From the NCBI RefSeq assembly GCF_006345805.1, contig NC_043005.1, forward strand, positions 72,168,001 through 72,232,000: a DNA stretch of 64,000 nucleotides. Reading direction: 5' to 3'. The position numbers and the translations under genes were made by a program. This document shows positions 1 to 12,891 of this stretch, piece by piece. The notes beneath the pieces are model-generated. The model was not told where the DNA came from. It ran no database searches and worked only from the letters and a program-made list of their open reading frames with translations. Positions within the stretch are counted from its first letter, which is position 1. Each line of letters begins with the position of its first letter. This DNA comes from Octopus sinensis (lineage: Eukaryota).

Positions 1-640
1 ATTAAAACCCATTAAAATTATTCCTATTTTAAAGGAAAACAGAAAGTAGTTTTTGAATTGTTAACCAGTTTCTTTATTTTCTAGCATACCTAAAGTATTT
101 GGAAAAGATAATTTTCTTCTACTATATTTTTTTATTGATGAAAATTACCTAGTTTAAAAAAAATAAACAGCTTGGTTTTTGCAGAAATAATTCCACAGAG
201 AATGCAGCCCTTGAGCTGAGAGAACAAATTGAAGGCTATTTAAGACAATAAGACAAATAAATATAACAACTTGATTGGCAATTATCTTTTTAAGCTTGTG
301 GCATTGGAGACAACCATCATTACTTGTCCCTTCAACTTTGACCTTCATATCTGAACTTGAGGCTAAAATAACCTAGGCAACAGGAGAAATAGAGGAGATT
401 AATTGGTTCCATGAGAATCACTGTTGCCATAATGAGGGATAACTCCCCCATCATAATATCCTGCACTACTGGCTCGTTACAGTAATGATTTTCTCTTTAT
501 AGATTTTGTAATGGTTTTCGAAAATGAAAGCTTAAATTATAATTTTGTTTTCTTTTCGGTTTATAATATTTGGATTTCAACACTACAAAAACAAAAAAGA
601 AAAAGTGATTAATATCTCAGATAACTAAGAAGAAACACCC

Positions 641-905
641 ATTGGATTATCCCTGGGCCTTTCAAAAGCTTTCAGCACTTCGGATCACAATATTCAACTC
701 TATAAATTACATAATTAAGAAATTAAAAATCGAATACACCCAGTTCCACAGATACCTCATTAATCGATATTGATTTGTTGTAGTATCCCCAAGGTTCCAT
801 TTTAGAACCCCTATTATTTATTATCTATATGAACAACATATCCATGGCCCTAAAATTACTAGATTTCATTTTATATCTGGCTGGCACATCACTAATTCCC
901 TTTTC
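641..905 (+). mobile_element. Degenerate reverse transcriptase fragment of a CR1/L2-group LINE
   Basis: Translates with stops and a frameshift as IGLSLGLSKAFSTSDHNIQLYKLHN* ... RYLINRY*FV ... YPQGSILEPLLFIIYMNNISMALKLLDFILYLAGTSL. This matches the FLDLSKAFD, PQGSILGP and (decayed) FADD motifs of non-LTR RTs. Confidence 0.85.
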
Positions 906-960
906 TACACTTAGTCTTGAACACAGTAAATATGAACAGTATAAACAACAAGCTTTTAGA

Positions 961-1637
961 TGTAGGCATCACTGTGTGGTAAGAAGTTTGCTTTCCAACT
1001 ACGTGGTTCTAGGTTCAATCTTACTGCATGGCACCTTGGGCAAGTATCTTCTGTGGGGGAGAAGATGGGATGTGGGAGAGTTTGATAGAGAACAGAATTA
1101 TTGAGAGGAAGCATGGCTGTAAAGAACATGCCTGTGTATGTGGATGGTCACAATTTTACTTAACTTGACATGTTTTCTGAAGCACAGAAAATCACCAGAA
1201 GTCTGACCAAAACTTTGTGAGGGGATTGGACTGATGGAAAACTGAAAACCTGTCGTGTGTGTGTGTGTGTGTTGCTGTCTTCTACCTTGACATCATATGA
1301 TAGTTTAAATCAGTGTTTCTCAGCTATGGTCCATATAGCCCCCAAGAGTCCATATAAGATTAGAGTAGGGTAAATCTAAAATAGTAATCAAAGGAGTCCA
1401 TAGATATATAATGGTTGAGAAACCCTGGTTTAAATTGATGTTACTGTTACACTAGCAGTGTCCTCTCTTCATCTTCCATGCAAACATGTCTGGTCAAGGG
1501 GAAATATTACCTTACCTGGAGACAGGAGAGGATTGGCAACAAGAATAACAAGAAGAGCATCTGGCCCAAAAAAATCCACCACAGCAAAATTCCATCTGAC
1601 CAATGCAAAGATAACTGGACATTAGAACGATGACGAT
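961..1637 (+). mobile_element. SINE, family B-type head with alternative 3' tail, interrupted by a hAT MITE
   Basis: Head ctgtgtggtaagaagtttgct..ggttcaatc..ggcaccttgggcaagt is shared with many copies in the window; internal (GT)n; tail resembles 8940-9290 and 18870-19307. Confidence 0.7.
1311..1427. mobile_element. hAT-superfamily MITE (117 bp)
   Basis: TIRs CAGTGTTTCTCA / TGAGAAACCCTG and a perfect 8-bp target-site duplication GTTTAAAT (1303-1310 and 1428-1435). Confidence 0.9.
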
Positions 1638-2242
1638 TATCTAACGGAAAATAACATCTCAACCTCTCAAAAAATAAAACTGAATAAATGCATAGTTTTT
1701 TTTTCATTGTTATCAGAAACATATTACTTTGGACATTGCAACCTGAATTTAACTGTAGCAGAATAGAATAATCTGATCATTTCAAATTTCTAGAAACCCT
1801 CATTGATAAGAATTTAATGGAATCTGCATAGCGAGCGAATGTAGAGGTGAATATTCAGTGCTATTGGTATCTTATCTCATACAAATATTTTTTTTATTCC
1901 TAAAAACATGCTACTTAACATATATCAGACTCTTATTGTTATCTAAAATATAGTGTTATTTTGTGTGTGTATGTGTAGGTTTGCATTGGAGTAGGTAGTT
2001 ATCATTCTAGTAAAGTGGCAAACTTACAAAGAAGTGTCATGAGACTAGTTTTAAATTGAAAATATAAAAAAAAAATGCAATACTGGACATACTGATTTTC
2101 TCTGTAGTAATATTTAAGTTTTAAAATTTTCAGACTTGTCTATATTGGCACAGATCATATTTTTCAATAATTTTCATCTTCACTCTTTCTTCCTAAATGT
2201 CTGTTGGCTTTAGAGTTTTTTAAACAACTCTGACAGAACCAA

Positions 2243-2690
2243 ATCATCATCATCATCATCGTTTAACGTCCGCTTTCCATGGGTTGGACGATTTAACTGA
2301 GGACTGGCGAACCAGAAGGCTGCACCAGGCTCCAATCTGATCTGACAGAGTTTCTACAGCTGGATGCTCTTCCTAACCTCAGCCACTCTGAGAGTGTAGT
2401 GGGTGCTTTTACGTGCCACTAGCATGAGGGCCAGTCAGGCGGTACTGACAACAGCCATGCTCAAGTGGTGTTTTTTACATGCCACCTGCACAGGAGCCAT
2501 TCCAGTGGCACTAGCAACGACCTCACTCAAATGTTTTTCACATGCCACCGGCACAAGTGCCAGTAAAGCAACGCTGGTAATGATCACGTTTGAATGGTGC
2601 CTTTTACGTACCACCGGCACGGAAGCCAGTCAGCTGCTCTGACAGGGATCACACTCGGCCGGTGCTCTTAGCACTCCACTGACATGGGTG
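2243..2690 (-). mobile_element. Family C SINE-like element ((GAT)n tail) with internal ~65-bp tandem array
   Basis: Reverse complement of ..ggaaagcggacgttaaacgatgatgat tail; about 4.5 units of ggtgcttttacgtgccaccggcac.. between 2402 and 2690. Confidence 0.8.
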
Positions 2691-2759
2691 TTTATATAAA
2701 ACATGGATATTTCAAGTTTTCAGACGCGTGTATACTCAAACAAAGCAAATTTTATAATA

Positions 2760-3013
2760 CAAGGTGGTATCAAAGAGTTCCCAGACTAATTATGTTTGAC
2801 AAAAAGTAACTTTTTTACCTAAGTTTCAGTATTATCTCCTTTGAAATAGTTACCTTGTGCAGCAGTACACTGGTCTCAGAGTTCCTGCCATTTTGGGATC
2901 TGGCTTGGAAGTTGTTTCCTGTGAGTTGCTAGCTCTCATTGTGCCCACTACCGTGTGCTGCCATCTGTTGGTGCACTACAGAACTAGTCCAGAAACTTTT
3001 TGATACCATCTCA
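2760..3013 (-). mobile_element. Mariner-derived MITE (254 bp)
   Basis: About 35-bp imperfect TIRs (caaggtggtatcaaagagttcccagacta / tagtccagaaactttttgataccatctca) with flanking TA. The minus strand retains a mariner transposase-like C-terminus (..AQGNYFKGD*). Confidence 0.85.
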
Positions 3014-4639
3014 TATTCTTCTTCTTCTTCTTTGCATTCTACCTAAATGTCTATTGACTTCAGGGTCATGAAACAACTTTTGCAAAACCAAACATCCATG
3101 TTTATGTAAAGCAATTTTCACAAGACTCTTGTCCACTCACAACTCCTTCAAAAAAATTATTTCAAATAAGATCAAGTTCATTAAAAAGGACATTTCTTAT
3201 ATGCTTCAATAAATTTATAAATTATGTAAAAAAAAATCCACCACCAATATAACACAGTAAATGTAATTCACTTCAAAACAGAAACTACGTAGTTCTATGC
3301 ATCCGTTCAATCATATAATACTCATTATTCTGTGTGTTAAGCACTTTATACAAGTACTGCATTCACAAACATTGTAACACCTGTCTCTATATAAATTACT
3401 ACTTTTGAAATCAGTGTTGTTTCTGATTTATTGTCATCATTGTTTTTCACAACTGCCATTGTCATCATCACCATCATCATCATTTTGTTGTTCCAAGTAA
3501 AAGAACCAAAAAGGGTCATGGCCCCACCACTATAATTTTATCATTTTATTCTCTGCTCTGTCTACTTACATATTGTAATGTGCTGTAAGTTTATAGTCAA
3601 AATAAGCAATTCAATTTTGAAAAGCATTTTAGTTGCAGCTTGTTCAGGGAATATTCTGTTCTTGAAGTTTCTGTTCAAAGCACATGTTGTGTTTTGTCAT
3701 TTGTCATAGGAATTAAAATGCTCATTTTCAAAGACTGCTTTGAAACAGTCATGTTCTATGGTAGCAAACCCTGAGCAATAAACAGAAACACTAGCAGAAC
3801 AGATAAATACTGAACACTGCTTTCATTTAGGATTTGCACTTGGGAGTTCATCCCTTCACAAAAAATAGAAAAAATAAAAATCAGCTAATCACAAGTGTAC
3901 AGTCTTTCTCAGCCAATAGCAATATATATTAAAAAACAATAATAATAATAATCTGATTGAACATACACATACTTTGAAATGAACAAGTACCCCAGTGGCC
4001 ATTCATTCAAATTACAAAAGTAGAGTTACGAATTTAAGCTTCACTATGTTGGAAGAGCTTTTCAAAAGCCATACATTTCCAAAGCAAATGATGATATATG
4101 TAGATTCTTGTTATGACCAAATACCAAGGACAAAAACAGATTGACCAATAGTGAGGGCACAAAATCTGTATTGTGGGTTACTAATTATGGAAATGACAAA
4201 AAATGTCATGGGAATTTAGTCCAGATAATTCAATGTGCCTCAACTGAAGTAATAGAAGTCTTGCTTTATGAAAGTGTAGTGATTCTACATCGTTCCTAAA
4301 AATTATATTCAAAGAATATGTGTTGTTTCGTGTTGTTCTAAGCATCAATTCCATGATTTGATATTGGTTTTCTAAGACCTGTCTCATGCATGATAATGGT
4401 ACTTGTTTTAAGAATTTTCATACTGATTGTTATTGCAGTGTATTCTTGCATTGCAGTGCAATAATGATACACATATTTCATCTACATCAGTGGCCCTCAA
4501 CTGTTTTTTTTTTTTAGCTATAGAGCCCTTTGATTCCAATTTTTTTCAGATGGACCCTCATAACCATTCCATGTTAAAAAAAACCTATTATATTTTTATA
4601 ATTAACCCTTTAGCATTCAGATTAATTTATCAAATGTAA

Positions 4640-4931
4640 GGCAATGACCAAGACCTTTGGCATTATGTCATGCTTGTGAAGAAGACCCATCAAGCCGAGC
4701 AAAATCGCAGTCGTGGCAGATACCGGTGTCACACTAATTGGCACCCATGCCAGTGGCATGTAAGTGCACTTGTTACACTCTTGGAGTGGTTGGCATTAAG
4801 AAGTGCATCCAGCCGTAGAAAATCATATCAAATGAGACTGGAGTCAGGTGCAGCTTTCTAGCGTGCCAGCCCAGTCAAACCGTCCAACCCATGTTAGCAT
4901 GGACAACAGACATTAAATGATGATGGTGATG
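4640..4931 (+). mobile_element. Family C SINE-like element
   Basis: gagtggttggcattaagaagtgcatccagc..ccatgttagcatggacaacagacattaaatgatgatg, homologous to other family C copies. Confidence 0.75.
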
Positions 4932-5034
4932 AAAGAACCTCCATATTGCCATAATTTTGTTGAAATATACTACTTTTTAGAAGAATAAGGAACATAGTAA
5001 AATAACTTTGGCATTATTATTTGGAACATGAAAT

Positions 5035-5400
5035 GACCTCACTTGAATGTTTTTTCACATACCACCAGCACAAGTTCCAGTAAGGCAATGCTGGTAATGA
5101 TCACGCTCGAATAGTGCTTTTTACATGCCACAAGAGACAGAGGCCAGCTTGTTGCTCTGGCAACGATCACACTTGTATGGTATTCTTAGCGCTCTACTAG
5201 CACGGATGCCAGTCATCGAATTTGATTTTGATTTCAATTTCACTTGCCTCAACAGGTCTTTGCAAGCAGAGTCTAATGTCCAATGAAGGAAAGGTATGCA
5301 TAAGTGGACTGGTTACACCCCTGGCATAGGCCACAAGGTTATGGTCTCACTTGAGCTTGACAAGTTTTCTCAAGCACAGCATATTTCCAAAGGTCCCGGT
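5035..5400 (-). mobile_element. Family C element, array plus 5' portion
   Basis: Same ~65-bp units as 2402-2690, followed by sequence related to 50390-50460. Confidence 0.65.
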
Positions 5401-8300
5401 TTTAAGAGGCTGTGGCATGATTTGAGGAAGATTTAACTGCTATTTTTAACAGTATAGACATTCCTTAAATGACAATATTAGTTTGACTTATATTAGTATA
5501 TTGCATAAACTGATAGCCATAGATGGAAATGATCAAATAAACTATGCTATTCAACTGCTCTCTCTCATGAATCGCAACTTAATATTTGCTGCATATATTT
5601 GTCTTGTACTGAATATTTAATTACAAGTTCTTCATCTAACCCAACTCAGGGGAATAAATAACCAATTATCTTGGATTGTTACACATATGAAAGTCAACAA
5701 AAGATTCAGCTCTCATTTCATTAGAAGGAATCTCTTATCAGTTGATCAACCAGTAAAACTTGCAGCCAAATATCTCTGAAATTACTCTCTGTCATATAGG
5801 ACAGTGTCATCCAAGATAAACTATATTTGACAATATGGAGTGTGAATAGTTAGAATGCTTTGACTATAAATTTGCTTGGTTAGTGCTAAACAGTAACAAC
5901 AACAAGAACAATTTAAAATGACATTAGACAAAGTGTGTTAAAAGACTTTACAAATTAATTTATTATTATTTAATCGATTAACCAATTAATTAACAATAAT
6001 TAATTCTGCTACATGTGTTTTAACGATACTCCCAAAATACAATAATATATGCTTCATATCAAGTATCTTATGAAAAAAATACAAAACTGAAATATTGTAA
6101 GCTTTCACCAGGCTAGCAATAAGTTCAGAAGTACTATAGTCTTGTCACTTCATAAAAAACTGCATCTTCTTCAAATTATGCTCAAATTTCATGAACTCAA
6201 CAGAAAGATGGCTCCAGCTCTCAAAATATCAAACTGAGAATACTCTGCATCATCATTCTGGTTGCTATTACACACATACTTTAGTCCTTTGTTCCTGTGG
6301 AATTTAGGCCCCTAACAGCTTTTCTCCACTTTGAACTGTGTTTCAGGCCTTCCTCTCTCAGGTTTTGTTGGTTTAAATTGTCATTGGTGCTTCTGTAACT
6401 TTATTATTTGTCTTTGTTTTTGTAAGAGTATTTGATACTTACAAACCCACTTTTACCTTTGAGATAAGGTGATCTATATTAGTCTGGCATCTCTCCTTTG
6501 ACCTGTCAAGTACGAAAGCCCCAGCTAGCAGCTTGCATGCAAACCATCACAGTTCAAAAAGGAGTGAACTTAGTTGGGGGTGCTACCCAAACATGTACAT
6601 TCAAATACATATAAATACCGGACATTAGGAAAACGAAAACCAGTTTCAGAAAGAGAAGAACATTATAAAGATCATAGTTTTGTTGCAAAAGGCATTGAGA
6701 AATCGATCAATAATTAATGTATTAATCAACTAATATAATTAACAATAAATATCTGAACTACAACCATTTTAGGTGTGTTTATTGGCTAAATGACCCTCTC
6801 AGAGTACAACATTATCTGTTTCAACATATCAAGCATCTTTATAAAACAAACGAAAGAAATAAAGCAAATTATTTTAATTAAATTAACGTTTATTTCAAAG
6901 GTATAGATAAGAGGAGATAGAAAAAGAGAAAGGGAGAACAGAAAGAGAGAAAGGGTGATGTGGAAGGAAAGAAAGAAAGAAAGAAACCAATTGATTATAG
7001 GGCAATTCAGTGGTATTGAAGTTAGAAAATATTGAGAAATATCAGATTAAGAGATCTATACAATATTTTATCCTTCATATCATAAATGGATGTTTGTTAA
7101 CCAGATTTGAAAATCCATCTATCTCAATTGAATGTTTAGTAGAAAAGAAAGCTGCATGATGAAGTACTTTCTATATCAATATTCAAAGACCCTCCAGAAG
7201 GTAAACAAGAAAAATCAATTATAACTATTGGTTTCAAAAGGTATTTCAACTCGTTCAGACACAAGTGACAATCAGACTGTATTCTTTTAATATTTTATTC
7301 TTTCTCTGGTCTCAGTCATTGGACTAAAGCCATGATGGACCTTTTTTTAGGGTTTTTCTCTCTATTATGGTGACCCCCACCACTCCCAGTACTTAGATTG
7401 GTACTTGTTTAATCTCTCATTTTATTGATTGTCCAAGCATATTTTTTCTTCAGAGTAAACGGATGTAACTTTCTATGAAATGCAGTTCACATAGTACTTT
7501 TCTTTGATTTTGTTTGATTTATCAGCAACCTCTAGACATTAAACACACATCTTCACATACACACACACACACACACAGTTATATGGACATCCATATATGA
7601 TCCTCATCAGTATGCTCTCTCTTCAGAGAAGTGTGTCGAAAGCAATGTTGTTGCAAATCCCTCACCTTTGTCTAGTATGCAAATTGTTTATCAAATCTAA
7701 CCAACTGGAGATACTACCCACTTCTCATCTCTTGGATTGGTAGCTTCTTATCAGTTTGTGTTATATATATATATATCGTTTGTATGTATTGAAAATTTGC
7801 ATGTCTAGAGAGATAGCATAACAGTTAACTGTTGCTTACAACTGTACATAAATCCATTAACATCCAAATTCCATCAGGTATTAAATGCAATTTGTCGTCA
7901 GATTTTTTGTATAAGATTCAGTTAAACTTTTTATCATAGCATCAAAAATTGCATAATCTTCACATGTGTTTCCTGAGCTTATACTAGTATGCCATGTAGC
8001 AACCGTTACATAGAAGATTGCATTATCATTTTGCATTGGCAACTGACAATGAATTAAATTAATTTTTTTTCTTTTGCTGATCTGGTGTTCTTAGGTGATT
8101 ATTCGGTTACCAAATGGTATGCTAGTACTTGCTAGTGAAACATGTGTAAAGATCATAAAGATTATGTCATTCATGCTGCCATAATACTAAGTTTAGCCAA
8201 GAACTACTTATAGTTTTTTTTTGCTTTGAAGATGTGGCTCTAGGCAGGTTTTTATAACAACTTTGTGTCTCCGAGCAATCCTTGGGCTCTGAGTACATAC

Positions 8301-8515
8301 TTTACTCTTTTACTATTTTACTTGTTTCAGTCACGTGACTGTGGCCATGCTGGAGCACCACCTTTAGTTGAGCAAATCGACCCCAGTACTTATTCTTTGT
8401 AAACCTAATTCTTATTCTATCGGTCTCCTTTGCCGAACCAGTAAGATACAGGGACATAAACACACCAACATCGGTTGTCAAGCAATGTTGTGGGGACAAA
8501 CACAGACACACAAAC

Positions 8516-8547
<32 letters not shown>

Positions 8548-8700
8548 GACGGGCTTCTTTCAATTTCTGTCTACCAAACCCACTCACAAGGTTTTGGTCG
8601 GCCTGAGGCTATAGTAGAAGACACTTGCCCAAGGTGCCACACAGTGGGACTGAACCCAGAACCATGTGGTTCGTAGGCATGCTACTTACCACACAGCCAC
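8301..8700 (-). mobile_element. Family B tRNA-headed SINE, near full length
   Basis: Reverse complement of head gtggctgtgtggtaag..ggttcagtcccactg..ggcaccttgggcaagtgtcttctac, internal (TA)n, and tail ..actgaaacaagtaaaa. Confidence 0.9.
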
Positions 8701-8939
8701 AGGATCTTTTATCTTTTACTTGTTTGTTATTAAACTGTGACCATGCTGGGGCACTACCTTGAAGAATTTTTAGCTGAATGAATCAACTCTACTACTTTTT
8801 CTACCTGGTTCATACTGTATCAGTCTCTTTTACTGAACCACTAACCATTCAGCCATGAAATTTCTATCTATGTTTGAAGATCCATTTAATCTAGAACCAC
8901 ATTACTGAATATGTCTTGATGTTTTAAGATGGTAGGACA

Positions 8940-9089
8940 GAAATGGATGTGTGGTTACAAACTTTGCTTCCCAATCACATGGTCCTAGGTTCATTGTCAC
9001 AGTGTGGCATCTTGAACCTTGCAAGTGGATTTGATAGATGGAAACTGTGTGGAAGCCTGTTGTATGTACACACGTGTGAGTATGTGTGT

Positions 9090-9135
<46 letters not shown>

Positions 9136-9290
9136 ATTTGTCTCTTTGTCTTGTCATAGTATGAAAGTTTTGAAAAGAGAGTTATTGTCACATAAGCACT
9201 GTCATTCAGTTACAATATTCAGCAAGCACACATTTTTGCATGGGGAAATATTACTTTAACAGATGAGGGTTGGCAACTGGAAAGGCAATT
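8940..9290 (+). mobile_element. Family B-type head SINE with alternative tail
   Basis: tgtgtggttacaaactttgcttcccaatcacatgg.., (GT)n, and tail ..ggggaaatattactt..gggttggcaactggaaaggc. Confidence 0.7.
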
Positions 9291-9299
9291 CTTCCCAAC

Positions 9300-9510
9300 G
9301 TGTGCAAGTGTTGAAGTTTTGGCACAAGGCCAGCAATTTCAGGGGAAGTGGCAAGTTGATTACATTGACCCTACGGCTTAAGTGGTACAATTTTACCACT
9401 ATCAAAAGGATGAAAAGCAAAATTAACTTCAGCAGGATTTGAACTCAGAACGTATAGCTAGAAGAAATGCCACTAAGCATTTTGTCCTTCATGCTAACAT
9501 TTCTGCATTT
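9300..9510 (-). mobile_element. Family A-related SINE
   Basis: aaaggatgaaaagcaaaattaacttcagcaggatttgaactcagaacgt is the reverse complement of the family A core. Confidence 0.7.
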
Positions 9511-10811
9511 CTGCTTGCTTGCTGCTATTTCTAGCAAGTGAAATAATCACATATAGAAACGTTTTCATTTGTTTGTCTTTTCTCCATACTGGAGAGAATT
9601 TTATGTAATTGTGGTTTTCTTTGCAGTTGTATCTCTATTAATTGAAAGCTCTAAGACATTGTAAACAACTTTAATACTAATTCATAATTCATGTTCAAGA
9701 GGTTTTCTTTTGCTTATATTTAGTTTCTGTTTCTAGAGAATAAATAATAACAGACCCTTTCAAGTGGAATGCATTTTAAATATCAAGTCGAATGTATTGT
9801 TACATGTTGCCGTTTAGCTTCAGGTCAACTCCGGTCCAGTAGATATATAATCATTAAATGATAGAATGAGATTTAAGATTTGAAGGAGTTTAGATGCAGT
9901 TCTTCTAGGTTGAGTGGCCTTCTAAGAAACATGAAAACAAAACAAAAAGTTTCTCTATTGATTGCTTTTAGTAGCAGGTTTGATGCACTTTAAGTATCTC
10001 TGGTTTGTTATAGAAAAAAATTTACCTAGATCCACTTTTAAATTAACTACTTGGTCTGATAGTGAATGTCTTTCAACAATTGGATCTGAGTTCATTTTTT
10101 TTTCTTATGGTAATAATTATGAAGGGAAGTTCTTTTGAGAATGAAATTAAAATGTTTATATTACTCAAGATATTTTAAATATGAATTATGTCCTAATTCC
10201 ATTAGATTTTACAATGTAGTAGATCCATCTCTCTCTCTCATTCTTTTTTTTTTTTTATTTAACAACTAAAATTTCATACGTTATCTTATGCCTCGTATCA
10301 TTAATGGATATTCGTCAACCCTGGTTGAGAATCCATCTATTCAAATTGAATATTTAATAGACAAGCAGCATGCTAAAATATTCTCCATAACAAAATTCAA
10401 AACCTATCCAGTAGGAAAAAAGGTATAAAATCAATGGTAACTCATTAGTGCTGTCATGAAAACATAACAAAATACAGCAAATATCATACAAAAAAAAAAT
10501 ATTATATTGGAAATATAAAATGTAATCAGGAAAAGATGCTTAACAATGTGCCAATCATCTGGTATCAACATCTCTATTATTTTTTTAGTTCTTTTCTTTT
10601 TAAGTTTTATGTTAACGATGTTCTTTGTCTAATATCCATATCTTTAATATTCTCTTATTTTTTGCATCTGATTTGCCCCAGTAATCGATTACCTTCACCC
10701 TCACCCCTTCCCTTTTCACCCCCACTCTCTCATTTCCTCACTGTCTTTCATTCTCTCCCATTTCCTCACTATCTTTCACTCTCTCTCTTTTTATCTTTTT
10801 GTCTCTTTCTC

Positions 10812-10843
<32 letters not shown>

Positions 10844-11280
10844 GCAGAATAACTCTAATAAGATCCATTATATTTAAATTACTTACTAACATGCTGATAT
10901 CTCATCAACTGTTATTTCTTATAACTAATACTTTCGGTAGACATATCCATATTCATGTTACTTTAACCTCTTCATCCAAGGAAATGAAACTAAATTACTT
11001 TGCAAGATTTTTTTTTCCTTTCGTTACTGTACCTTAATTACTGATCTCATATATTCATTTATCAAATCTCATTTTTCTTAATTTTTTTTTTTTTTGGTAA
11101 AAGGTTAAATAGATTTATTTTATATTCTTTTTTTTAAAAAAAATATAATTAAAACACAAAGCTCTGTACTACACTCTGCTAAAAATATTCGGTTTCATAA
11201 ACTAAACATACATACTGACATATACACACACATGCACATGTATATAAAATATAATAATTAAAGTATGTAAAAGTTATTTT

Positions 11281-11327
11281 TATAAATAATATATACATAC
11301 ATACATACATATAAATATATATATGCA

Positions 11328-11411
<84 letters not shown>

Positions 11412-11525
11412 ATATATATATACATACATATACATATATATATATATCCATACATAAACATATATATATATATCCATACATATACATATATATATATTAT
11501 ATATATATTATATAATATATATATC

Positions 11526-11558
<33 letters not shown>

Positions 11559-11570
11559 CCATACATATAC

Positions 11571-11601
<31 letters not shown>

Positions 11602-11640
11602 ATATCCATACATATACATATATATATATGTATATGTTTA
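11281..11640. repeat. Compound (TA)n/(CA)n/(TATG)n microsatellite
   Basis: Direct reading; source of the YIYI and CVCV ORFs. Confidence 0.95.
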
Positions 11641-12062
11641 TTTTTATAGTTTTTTTTTATCATCACTTTTTCTGAGCATTTGCATCATTGATTAAAGGTT
11701 TCCAATGCACTAATAACTGCTTCACTGCATTTCTGTTGTTGAGTGTGATAAGGAAGTGATTATCTGTGCAACTGGAGTGGAATAAATAGCACAAGATCTT
11801 TTATTTGACATACCCATTACACCTTTATTTGCCAATTGCTAATGTATATATCTTCTGCATGCGTGCACACATATGTGTGTGTATGTATTAGTAAAAGTAT
11901 TTGCTGTCTGACATGACTTCCTTCCATTTGTACAATCTATATGAAGAAGCTGAAGTGGCTTCTGCTGTATGTCACGAAATTCAAATTATTGACCAAAACT
12001 TGTGATTTTACCTTCTATAATTCTACTCAGACTTTTCACATTTGACTTTTGTCTATGCTTGC

Positions 12063-12099
<37 letters not shown>

Positions 12100-12109
12100 A
12101 TATATATAT

Positions 12110-12280
12110 TTTCCTCTGTCTTCCCTTCTCTGAATCTTTCCTTCTCCTATGTTTCCGACGAAGAGCTCCACTTGAAGCGTTAAACCCTCCTTCTTTCCTT
12201 CTTTCCTGAGCGTCCAATAATACTATATTTGTTCCACGTCCTCGCATTGTTGTTTTTTTTGTGCTTTCTTGTTTGGATTA

Positions 12281-12290
<10 letters not shown>
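12110..12290 (+). mobile_element. Probable Penelope-like terminal-repeat fragment with decayed hammerhead motif
   Basis: gttt-CCGACGA-a-gagctccactt-GAAGCGTT-aaac at 12151-12185, flanked by (TA)n on both sides. Confidence 0.55.
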
Positions 12291-12347
<57 letters not shown>

Positions 12348-12390
12348 GATATATATATATATATATATATAATATATATATATATATATA

Positions 12391-12776
12391 CTAGTAGTAT
12401 CGCCCTTCGTTGCTTGGGTTTGTTTTGACCTTTAGAATTGGAATTTTTGAAAAGTAAAAATTTGGCATTATGTAGCTTGTTATTCTCCTTAACTGAACAT
12501 TTTTCTGGTTGAAATACACCGAATAATAGTGACACAGCAGTCAAAAAATCGTAGAAAAATTGGGATTTTCATAGAAAATAAAGCCTTTTTTATGTAAATA
12601 AATTTTGGTCTTAACGTGGTCCGATTTGAATTTTATCTTCTACAGAATTAAGAGCAAGCCTTCTCTATTATACTCTCAATTTTAGTCAACTTGCACCTCA
12701 GGGTCTCAGAGGAGATAGTGTTAGTTGAAGGCTACCAAACCTGCACGTACAGACAACTTCAACTTTATATAATAGA
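12391..12776 (-). mobile_element. Non-autonomous Helitron (386 bp)
   Basis: The minus strand starts TC (12776), ends CTAG (12394-12391) preceded by a decayed GC hairpin (ccc..ggg, 12403-12418), and sits between host A and T inside (AT)n with no TSD. Confidence 0.8.
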
Positions 12777-12777
12777 T

Positions 12778-12834
<57 letters not shown>

Positions 12835-12891
12835 CAGAGATGTACTTGCATAGCAAGTGATCTGATCTGAGATCATGTGCTGAAACAAAAA

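Noticed and set aside
7575-7612. Minus-strand CTGATGA followed by a small hairpin
   Set aside because: No GAAA box or stem III follows, so it is not a hammerhead.
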